Assembly: GCA_000934665.2 (NCBI GenBank)
Contig: KZ538639.1
Coordinates: 1-57,009 of the forward strand
DNA from: Catajapyx aquilonaris
Taxonomy: Eukaryota
Direction of reading: 5' to 3'
DNA length: 57,009 nucleotides
Shown: positions 1 through 11,027 of the stretch, piece after piece
Layout: each line of letters opens with the position of its first letter
Position numbering within the stretch: position 1 is the stretch's first letter
Position numbers and translations under genes: made by a program
The notes under the pieces: generated by a model
Databases searched by the model: none
What the model saw: the letters and a program-made list of their open reading frames with translations, nothing else
What the model was told of the DNA's origin: nothing

Positions 1-95
1 CCGACGCCACCCCCCCTCCCACCGCCCACTCCCCCCCACTCCCTCCCTCCCTCCCCGCGACGCAGTTGCCGCGACCCTGGAAGCAGCAATGAAGC

Positions 96-277
96 CTGTC
101 AAAAGAATGATGGACGTTCACACATAAAACTGACGAGTGACTCATGGCGCCTTCACAAATGGCTCTGCAGAGCCTCGTATATCACTTTTATTACACCCAT
201 CTTCATTTTCATATTTCATATTTGCATTTTCTCGGCTGTTATAAATCAGGGAGTTTATGGCTAATTAGGTCTTTGTT
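96..277. promoter_or_regulatory. Dense homeodomain/TALE/POU motif cluster (candidate enhancer)
   Basis: Within about 180 bp: CTGTCA (96, Meis/TGIF), TGATGGAC (108, Pbx-like), CATAAAA (123), TGACTCA (138, AP-1), ATTTGCAT (220, octamer), ATAAATCA (241, Pbx-Hox), TTTATGGC (254, Cdx/posterior Hox), TAATTA (262), CTTTGTT (271, Sox/Tcf-like). Motifs are seen directly; enhancer function is inferred. Confidence 0.5.
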
Positions 278-318
278 GTAGAGCCAGGGACGTAACGGCT
301 TATCGGGCGGACTGATTC

Positions 319-402
319 GGGGGGAGAGGGAGGGAGAGGGAGAGAGAGAGAGAGAGGAGAGAGAGGAGAGAGAGGAAGGATGGTAGAGAGTCGAGAGAGA
401 GG
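319..402. repeat. GA-rich polypurine low-complexity tract
   Basis: gggagagggagggagagggagagagagagagagaggagagagaggagagagagg...; read directly. Confidence 0.9.
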
Positions 403-1029
403 TGAGAAGCGGAGAGCGGGCGCGAGATGGGAATGTGCTTATTGCGATAATGTTGGAAATAAGGCGGGCAAAATGGCAAGCCGGTGGTTTCAGGGCGCAA
501 ATTAGTTGGCATGTGCAATACGACGCGCTGTATTACGGCCTACACCCCCTACCCCCACCCCCTTGCCGACGCCGCCTTTGCAGAGGTGTAGAAAGTGGCG
601 TCCGCCTATAGGCCTAAATCCCCCTGGTGAGCACTCACTCCAGAAACGTGGGGCCCAGACTACTCTATCTCATTGCAGGAGAGAGGGAATAACGAATAGG
701 CCGCCATAAAAGGAGAGGGGGGGCCCCCACCAGGCACAGTCCCTCCCACCTTACAAACTCTGTCCGTATATACAGTAGAAAGGCGCCGTATGGCACTTGA
801 CGATCTGCAGTCACAGAAGACGTTGCTGCCCACATCGGAAAAGGATACAATAACTCGGAGATATCCATAGGACCCTGCTTTCTTTTTATTTCCAAGGCAG
901 TGTATAATGTTTACAAACTATGGCGTTATATGGCAGTTCTGGGTGGCGTTATTTACTGTACCGGTGCACTGTGCAGGCTCCGAAATGATTTGGTGTCTCT
1001 GAACTAGGGAGATCGTATGGAAGATGTTG

Positions 1030-1103
1030 CAGTAGCGGCCACGTCCTGCAGGAGGCGCGGTGCGGCGCGGCGCACCTCCTACAGGGTAGAGCCATACCTA
1101 CCA
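1030..1103 (-). ncRNA. Candidate hairpin RNA with a miR-10-type 5' end
   Basis: Arms 1045-1059 and 1071-1085 with an 11-nt loop. The two arm differences become G-U pairs only on the minus strand. Minus 1088-1079 reads UACCCUGUAG, identical to miR-10-5p nt 1-10; the remainder diverges from miR-10. Confidence 0.3.
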
Positions 1104-4100
1104 TATACTGTGCAAGAAGCATACATGGCAGGGGCTATTAATACTATTAAGACACAGACGATGTAACTAATAATTTGACACTGTAACCAATTTTGAAGCA
1201 AAATATTGAGGTCATATCGAAGTTTGGATTTAATTTTGAGCGTAACATGGGTCGAAACTCTGCCGCATTAGCCCGCTCTATGTTAATAGGACATCGACTT
1301 TCGATTCATGACTTCCTAAATGCGTCTACAAATTCGGCCAAATAATCGCCAAGATGTCTACTCCCTCCCCCCCTCTCCGGCTCCTATTTCATGCAAAAGT
1401 TACACCGCCAGCAGACTTTGGGCTGTAGTAATGGCAGGCATCTTCCCGGAGCCCATCAGATGTCGGCGACACGGCCATCTCCGGTGAGCTACGTCACCTT
1501 CGACGCCCAAAATTAAAAGATGCCCTGATTGGTCGCCTGCAAATTTAAATATTCTTAATCTCGCTCGGTTAATTGCCGCAGTAAGTCTAGCCCACCTCCC
1601 TAAATTACGTCAATGGAAGACGCGTCGGCCCTGAATGGAGGCGGGAAGAAGAATAATAAACCTGGAGTCTCGAGGCAATTAAGGGCAAACAACCCGCAGC
1701 TTCACGGCGTCTGCACCAGGGCGGCGCTCAATTCAAAATGGATGCTGTCTTGGTGATGTTGCGGGATTTATGCGGCCACACCTGGGGATTTTTGTCTGTG
1801 TAGTCGCCAGGACAGTTTGCCAACTGTTGTTAGTCATTCACAGCTTCCTACTGAGAGGAATGTGCTGATAAAAGGCTTGTCGACTTGCGCCGATTATTTG
1901 CGGGGTGGTGGGATATTACGCAATGACAAATTGGAGCCGCATAACTTACACACCTGGGCTGGAAGCATCAAGTCATACGATGGGAAACACCTGAGACCGA
2001 TCGGGAATGTATATGCAGTCGGAACGTTATTATGCACTATATAGGACTGGTGTTACGCACTGTAATAGTAATGTGACACTTGGCTCCACCGCTCTCCATG
2101 GATGATCACGGCTAGTGCTGGTTATTTTTAATATTTAATTTTGTTATATTAGTTATTTCTAGGTAATTATTTTGCGCATTATTTAATCAAATTAATATAA
2201 TTAGTGTGCTACAATGTGCGACGTGCGAAAAGTCTGATATTTTGACATTTTTCTTCACGAAATATTTTACATTCGGCACCGAGTTCGGCACTGTAACTGT
2301 GAATGTGAGTATAGGCTGCGTAGTAATCCAGTGCGCACCTGGGGGCGGAGCCGCGCATGTGCAGTACGCGCCAAAGGCAATGAACGGGTTTCACATATGT
2401 CTGACGTAAGTACAACGGACTTACTACACAAAATTACTACTGGATTTTAGGATTTGGAAGGATTTGACCCGGACTTGCCAATGGTAGTAGTGATTTAGCA
2501 GGGGTTAACAATTTTTCCATAACTATAGTTCATGCGGACCTGGTTTGCGCAATGCCGGTGTAGCCTCCCCATACGGGACACGATTTGCAATTCTAATTAA
2601 TTACAGCACCTGAAGACGCTGCGTATTACGCCACACTTTCAGTTATTTCACTCCCAGAATGCCAGCATTTACATGCCGCAGTAGACTCCCCCCCCCCCCC
2701 TAAAAAATCCTCCCGGCATTGAAAATTATAGAGTCGGAACTTGCGCAAGTAATGCCAACCCTTCAGCAGGCCCACTCAGGGTAAAAGACACGGTGAAACA
2801 TCACAAGAGACGAGTTGTAATGCGGTATTCCGCAGGAAACAATGTGGAACAGGCTAAATTATCGCATCCGTTCTATCTCCCTAATGAATTCAACCCGGTT
2901 TGTGTTGGGGGGGGNGGGGGGGGAGAGGGAGAGGGGAGGATGAGAGGGGGATGGCGAGGTGTAAGAGAGAGAGAGGAGGCCGAAATTGTTACCAAACTTT
3001 GCTTTGAATATCCTTTTCAATTTTGATTTGCACGCCCAAGTGAACTCGATTCCGATGCGAAACTTTCTTCCGTGGAAAACGAAGTCTTGCTGCTGCATCT
3101 GCCTCACTCATCGTGGATAGTTCCTCTAATTAAATTTGATAAAATTAGTTGCCACTCCTTCGTCGCTACCTTTTCGGTGAAGACGATGGTGTTTGGCACG
3201 CTCTTCTTAGGTTGACAATTTCGCGATTTTGAAGCCATCGCAAGAAATGACGCAAATTGCGACAGATTATATTTGTCAGTCTTTTCATACGATTGTTTCG
3301 GGGCTAAATTATTCGTCAAATTTCAAATTTTTCATCATTTTGACTGAGATCTATTGAAAACTTATTTTCTGTTGAAATAACATTTTCAATAAAAGAAGCT
3401 GTTGGCATTTCAAGTGTAGAAGTGCTGTAAGGTTTGCTTTAAATTAATTAAGATTTAATGAATGAAATATTATTTAAGATACAAATACTGGGCCGTTGTA
3501 GCCAAATTAATCATTCAGCTGACCTAAAAACCGATTTTTCAGTAACAAGCAAATATTTTACATAAACAATTTCAAAAATAGACTGCATAAGTAACGTTGT
3601 AATTTAAAAAAAAAATGCGTGTTATTTTTACAGAAAGCTAAATGTGCTCCATACGATTCCCTCTCCTTTCGGTGGGCCTTCTGAAGGCAAAAGAGGGCCG
3701 AGCTTGCCAGGATTTCCTAGAGGTGGATGCCTGTCTGTCAATGGTCCGGAGTGATTGGCGTGGACTCTAATCAGTCTCCTTTTTCCACTTAGGTTGCAAT
3801 TCCCCTCCTCTTAGAAAATGTAGAGCTCAGGATTCGCTTCTGTTGGGGAGGGAAATTAACCTTGTCAGGTTGTACGGTTCAGATATTGGGCGGAGCTGGG
3901 GGTAGAAAACCTCTGTTCAATTCGACGCATCAAAAAATACCATGCTCGCAAAAAAAATTAAAATTTGGACCAACTGAACCAACCATAAGTCACACCTAAT
4001 CCTACACTGTAACAAACGTCGTGCAATTCAAAGTTCACCTAAACAGTTGCCATGCACAAATAATATTTGCTCGTGACGCTCAGGAAAAAAAAAATTAATC

Positions 4101-7100
4101 CCCAAGCTAGTTCATGAGACACGTGACAAAATATTTATCAACAACAAGGCTCCTTTGGGGTGACGTAAGAAAATAAACAGCCAGGGGAGGTGCACATTCA
4201 GTCTGGGCAAAAAAAATAGTGCAAGGCCTGGAAGAACGTGATTAGAGCTTGATGGCCGCGAGTCTTGAGGCGTCTTCTTTTACTGCCGTCCATTCGTCAC
4301 GGGGGCGGCCACCAATCTTTGAAAACTTCCAAAAACTGGCCATCTATGGCAGGATCCGGGGGATCGGGGAGGTCTCCCGGACAAGCAAAAATCTCTGGCG
4401 GGCCATCGCAGTCCAAACCTAGTTCCTGACAGTAATCATGTCCCTGCTTCCTGACACCCGACAGGAAGAGGATAACTCACCTTTTATTCATTCTTTTCCG
4501 TCCCATCTATTCCCCTTCTGCTCATTCCACCATCGGATCCTAGCCAGAAAAAAAGTCAAGTAAAAAAAAAGAAGATATTGCCCCTCCTTCCCCCTCTAGA
4601 CCATTTCGATTTTTATGTGCAAATATAGAGAAACGAGTCTAGAACATAACTTGCATGACTATTGTTACAATATGGCGCTCGTCTCAATTTTGTCCCTTTT
4701 GTAATTATCAACCCCCCTTTCTCATCCCCAGTAATGAAAGTGGTTATTATGACTCTTTACGAGCCAAATTCAAAAGTTCCCCCCTACCCTCATTTGAGAA
4801 TTCGCACTTGTGGAATAGCGATTTCAGCATAATGCAATTATACTACTAGTGCTGCATCAGTCGCGTAAAAAATGTCCGGATGTTCTTTACACAAATAACT
4901 GGCGATTTCTGACAAGGAATCTGAGCAGTTGAAGACAACAACAGAAAAAAAAATATGTCGTGTTAGATAGCAAGTCCTGGAGAGTGACATCCGGAAGTTT
5001 CTGATCGTCAGACACAGACGCTGAGTCGCGGATACACAATTTTTTTTAACGTCCAGTGACAAACTGCCGGATGATGTGTCCGGAATAGCTCTCATCCAAA
5101 AGTTCACAAGTGTCCTGCAAAGGGACATCGGTGGCCTTTTCTTAATGGACGAGTCAACATGAAACACCAGTGCGGAGCCGTCGATATAGCACGTCACCCT
5201 AACTTCACATTTTTATGACTTACTATACATGCCAATATCTTGCGATACGAGTGGTTTTTCTGGATGACACATAATGTGTATTAATGCCAAAAAATGTTTC
5301 GGACAAATGTAACCAGAATTAGATCACTAGGCGAATGTGTGTTATTTATATTTTAATTAACCTGACCGCCATTTGGGTGCATGCTTTATGATTGTCAGTA
5401 CATGTTTGTACAATGTCGCTTTTGAACAAAAAAATGTTTTGAATGCTCATCATGTAGGATTTTGAGAGCTTTCATCCCCCAAATCTTACTACCCCCAAAT
5501 TTCCCTCCAAAAACTCACGAATCGTCCCCCAAAACCATTCCAGCTCGGGAACGGAAATGTCTGACGAGCATTTTTAAAGTGCCACTTGACAGTAGGGTGC
5601 CCTCCACATAGACAAGTAGTAAAGGACCCCACCACCGCTTCCGTATAAAAAAATCGAACCCCCTGCAGCGGGTATGCAGAACCCCCCCAAATGTAAACCC
5701 ACCTAAAATTCACAGGTGGAACAGGTGGAATCCCCCTTCCCTGCATAACATGTGCGATTCAATTGCGGTGCAAATCTGGGGTGCCCATAAACCCTCGTCA
5801 CTCGGCCCATTTGAATGGCCCCACCATCCTTCTCCCTGGAGCCCATAAACACCACATTACGATTGATGCTCATGTGCTGGAGGTGAAAATAATCACTGCC
5901 CTTCGTCTCGGTAGACAGCCGCAATCGTTGCCATTTGTCCACTTTCATTCCCACCTCCCCCTTTTATCCTTTTATACCCTAGTTTAGCAGAGTAAATTCT
6001 AGGAACGGTGTCAAAAAGAGACGGGCCTACATTTTCTGGTGGGTGATGTCACCTAGTCTCACTCTAATCGCACCTTGTTTCCAAGAAATCATCCTGTCCT
6101 AGAAAATTATGTGAATTTGACCAGGTGGGCAGCCCCCCACCTTTTTTTCTATTTCTTCAGGTGGGTGGCAGAAGGATTCGTGACAGTTAGGCCCCAATGA
6201 GAATGACAGCCGGAATCATCGTCACCCGGTTTGACGAGGGCATGAATAAATCACACCATGCGCACGACCCCTCGACGTCGTGACTCACCCTGGATTGTTC
6301 CCATGCAGGGAGGGATCCAAGTTTAATAAGCCAATGAAAATTATAAAGTGTGTCAGCACGAGTGTCTCAATGCTCTTATTTAGTCTACGCTGTATTGTTC
6401 AAAGCATTTTAATGACTTCATAATGACTCCAGTACAAGGTGGATTAGTAAATAAAAATACCGTATGTAGCATATGTTTACGTCTTCTTTCGGTAGTATCT
6501 CACAGTGTAATCACCAAGAAGGGCACTATGCCTTCTTTCAACAGTAATAATCGTCTGACAGTTTCAACTCCATAAGTGGACGAATATGTTCAAGTCGGTA
6601 TTTGGATATTTTGAATATTTTTTGGGATATTTTTAAGAAAATGAAAATGAGTTGATACCAGGTGAAAAATTACTCAAATTTACACTGACGCGAAACAATG
6701 CTATGGCTATAAAAAATAAACTAAGATCATTATTAGTGTGATTTATTTCCACAACCTAAATTTTTCAAACTTACTAAGACTTTATCCTTATATCTATAAC
6801 TCCACAATTATTCATAATATTAATTGAGCACTGTGTATATGAGACCCTTGGACCAATTCAATTTATACGATCTGCCCTTGCTTGTTCCGACACTAATGAA
6901 CCTGTTTCACCGGATTTCACTCAACCGTATCATTTTTCGCCCTCCCGACAAACCGGACATTACGAGCCCCTCCTTAGCGCAACTCACATTCTACACTTTA
7001 ACGCGACGTGTCGCATCACAAAATGAGAATGAAATCGCAGTCGTCAACCTTAATGACCACATTTGTCCTTTAGCGCAAATGCCTCCTGCTAAGTTGCTTC

Positions 7101-7511
7101 TAACTGCCCGGACGCACCGGGGAAATGCCAACCCTTCCCTCCCTCTCCCTCCCTCGCCTCTCCCCACTTCTCTCTTCTCTCACACCCCCAAAGCTTTCCC
7201 AGGAACTAGTACCCAATTTCCGTGGCTGAATGAAAAGCAAAACCTTTTGAATGGAGTGACAGGAGCAGTAGGACGGGGTGAGGCCTCCAAAACAAACAGG
7301 CGAAGTTAAAGGCGGCGCTTCATCAGCACCTACAGTCGTCATTGTTGTCGCAAAAGTGTCCGGGGAGTGGCAGCGTCAACTTTCGCCAACCGCAGGCCTT
7401 TTCCCTGCTTGATTGGACTCCATCTAAAGCCAGCGGCAGCATGGTGCTACCTTTTTGCCAGCTTTTACTTCAGACGACAAGTACTGTAAGGACCAGGCCA
7501 CACTAGGCCTT

Positions 7512-7782
7512 TAAGGTGGAAAAACGGACAAAAAACGGTAAAAAAACGGAAGAAAACGGTAAAAAACGGAAGAAAACGGTAAAAAACGGTAAAACGAAAG
7601 AAAAACGGAATTCCGTTTGTGTCATAAATTGTACCGTTTTTTCACCATTGCGTCTAAATATTATGCTCACGTACAGCTAGATGGCGCATCTTCCAATTTG
7701 AAACCAGCCCGCGCCCAAATTACTACTAGCGCCATCTGAGTACAGTTTTTTCGTTCGGCTATATGTATACCGTTTTCATTTA
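7512..7782. mobile_element. Possible degenerate non-autonomous DNA transposon (hAT/MITE-like)
   Basis: Left end TAAGGTGGAAAAACGG and right end CCGTTTTCATTTA are loosely inverted. AAACGG units run forward on the left and reversed on the right (7634, 7770), reminiscent of Ac/Ds subterminal AAACGG repeats. No target-site duplication found. Confidence 0.3.
7521..7618. repeat. About 10-bp-period tandem AAAACGG array
   Basis: AAAACGG at 7521, 7532, 7543, 7553, 7563, 7573, 7583 and 7602, with a variant at 7591. The array ends in the palindrome AAACGGAATTCCGTTT (7603-7618). Confidence 0.9.
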
Positions 7783-10700
7783 CAGGGAACGAAAAGGGCT
7801 GGTTTTTGGTTGCTGCAAAAATCGAAGCTTTGTCTCAAGCGCCCCCTTTCCTCACTTGGCCGGCGCAGTTTGAGACGCGTGCAACTGACAGCCATTGTTC
7901 CTCCTCCACGCAAATGTCCTCGGCTTGATGGATATTTCGTGAAGACAACCACCGGCCTCGTTTTCCACGACAAAAGCAGGACCAGACTGGCCCCCGAGAC
8001 CACGAATCACGGCCCGGCCTCAATATGTCTCATTTATTCCGCTCATTTTTGCCAATTTTTTAAAAACCACCAGTACTGCACTTATATGTCGCGTGTCATG
8101 ACATCGCATATGCAGTGAGTATGTTTTCTGCCAAAAATGTTATGATATGTCGTGCAAAATGATGGGTGGGTTGCGGATATTCTAGGATACACGGAAAATC
8201 AATGCGGGCTCCAAAATACAGTCCGAGATGCGCCAGATTTTTTAAGACGATCAGAAATTCCGGTCGCAAATTTCATTCACAAAGTCGAGCCCAGCTTCCA
8301 AGAAAATACGTCGGCATATCATCTCCCAGGCAATAGTGAACACTCGCCACGGAAATATGGAAGTCAAAAATCATTCCGAACCGGCAAATATCTCCCCCTC
8401 ATTTTTTTTTTTTTTTTTGGAACCAGAGTATAGCTGCCACACATTTTCCACAGTAACTGAGAGCAACTCGACATCCCCTGTCCCCGAAAAAAATATACCA
8501 CATGACCAAACACCTGCTGGAAATCTCCAATAGCGCTCCGGATCATATTTTAATCCGAGCTGACAGCGATTGCATTCAATCAGATTTCTTGTTTGACTAG
8601 CAGCTGTTGGATTCAGCTTTTCCCCAAGCATTGCTGTTTTCCCCCCCTCCACACATGACACAAGTTGCACATGCCGAATGATGGCTACCGATTACGTCAG
8701 TGATTTATGACTGCCCTCAGTGTCACAGAAACTGCCTTTCATATTGGCATGTTCATTTTATCTGGATGTATATAATTGTCCAATTATCAATTGTGATTGT
8801 CAAACATATGTTGTACATACCCAGCTGTTGATATAGCTCCGTTTCTGCAAATGAAAAAGGTCAAGGCGAGTAAACTGCGATTGCAGCCAACTGAGCGATC
8901 GAATGGCTCTTAGAAGGTGGGCCAACGTATCAGAGGGAGGAGTTCTTGCATGTACAGCACTCGTAGAGATAACAGACTGCAGCTGAGGGAAAAAGAATTG
9001 CCCATACCTTACCCAGCGCTGATGAAAACTAATGGGGACAGCAAGATACAGCCAGCGGCCAGTAGTGATAAAATGGGTCAACTGAGGTCGTGCTATCAAC
9101 AAAACAATATTTATAAGGATTACGTGGGGGGTCGTAAAGTTAGGACAGCCGTCCGGGCCAATGGCGTGTTCTGGGACGGAGGTAGCTCACTACTGGAATC
9201 AAATGCCACCAAGACTGCATGTGTTCAGAAGTACCCGTGATTTTATTCCATAATTATTGCAGCGAACATTATTTATTTTTTCTCCAGTGTGGTCCGGGTT
9301 GTATGAAACATCCGGCATATAATCACCATGATCATATTAAGAATCTGGGATAATAGAGCGATTCTTGTCGACTAGCCAACCGAACACCATGTCCGAAATA
9401 AGCACTCGCAAGAAAATTATCAACCCAATGGGTTCATCAGCTGGCAACTGTGGGGACCACCGAGAAGATCACTCGAGTAGATAACGTCATCAAGTGATGA
9501 ACAGTTGGGGCTTACCATTTTTTAAAACCTTTCCCCTTCCCCTACCGCCTATAAACTCACCTACCAGCTGAATTCGGAGTTCCCCAAGTCTGACAGGTGC
9601 GATGCAAATGAGTCCTGAGCACGGAATGAGCTTTGGAAACATCGCCTCTGCTTCTCATCTGATCTGATAATGGCATCGGACCCCCTTTCCTCTATATACC
9701 TAGGGGGCTCATCTGGGCACCTCACCAATTAAACCTTGACCCCACCGGACGAAAAATACTCGCCTGTCTACTCGCCGTCTATCACACTTTCAAGCCTAAG
9801 CCCGTATCAAAATAGTATATATTTTAACAGTCCAGCAATTAAAATGCTCATTGTGGCATGCATTGCTCATTTTTCATGTCTGACCAGTAAGACAGGGACA
9901 ATACAGAAATGGATGCCAGGTTTCCTCTTCACAAGAGGGACGGCCCCCGGAATCGCCCGGGAAATAAATAATGGGGTGCATTCAGCCGGTAAGAAATTAT
10001 CACCTTGCAATCGTACAAACGGAAGACCGTGTCAAAAGATCAACAAAGGGAGGAAACAGTTGGATGTTTTTTTTTGCGTAGTGTTGCAGTGCGGGTCTGT
10101 GATTGAAAACGATGTGATCAAAGGTCACTTCCCTTGTAGTTGAAGTAATAATAATTCTCGAGACGTTTGAATCAAAATGCGTTATCGCACATTGTACGTG
10201 GCCCGTTATTTCGTACATTATTGGCACGCCAGAAGGCTCAAATCAAGACAGTTCAGTGTCCTCTCATCACCGGTGGCTATTTCTAAAACAACAAAGGGGG
10301 GCTGCCGTTCGAGAAACAATGGGGGCACAATAGGCCTCTTCCGCTCTTATCAGTCCAGAATCCCTGCTGACAACCGCATCATCCGCTAAAGAATAATGAA
10401 ATATGACCTCTTAATCATGACGGAGCTATGCTAATTACACTAATTGTGTGCCGAAAAAGAAACGGATAAAAAAAATTGTAGCATTGTTGTACTACTCTTG
10501 AAAGCAATGTTGGAGCCACCCAGTTGCTGTTGGTAAGTGTCATGGAGGCCACCCTGCAACAGTTGTTGACAAGGCTGGCGATGGCCACCTGTCATCCTGA
10601 CATCGCAATGGGACTCTCCTAATTAGTCGGCCTACAACCTTCCTTCACGTAGGACCAGACCAATATGTGTATAAAAAAAGGACCGCGGGAGGTCCACACC

Positions 10701-10926
10701 AAACCGGACCCCAGGCAATTATTCCTCCCAGAGCAGGACCCTTTTTGGTCCCTTGACAAATTGGGCATCATCACTTCGGATGCTGGAATCTGTGATATTC
10801 ATCCCGACTGGTTGCCTCCAAGGTGGCATCCACATTAATGCGTCTCTACTAGTTTTATGGGGATTGTACAAGGTGTTTCAACACTAAAGATATCTGAAAT
10901 CCCTTCGTTGTTTGGTTATGCCCTCT

Positions 10927-11027
10927 GATTGGTCTGCTTGTTGTTGTTACCACACCGCTTCCGATTGGCCCGGGTTTTACGCATGCGGAATGGGGTGGAG
11001 CAGCGCCTCTGGTGGGTGGGAGGAGGA
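10927..11027. promoter_or_regulatory. Paired inverted CCAAT boxes plus GT/GC-box-like sequence (candidate promoter)
   Basis: GATTGG at 10927 and 10963 (36 bp apart), followed by GGGGTGGAG and GGGTGGGAGGAGG. No linked gene identified. Confidence 0.3.
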
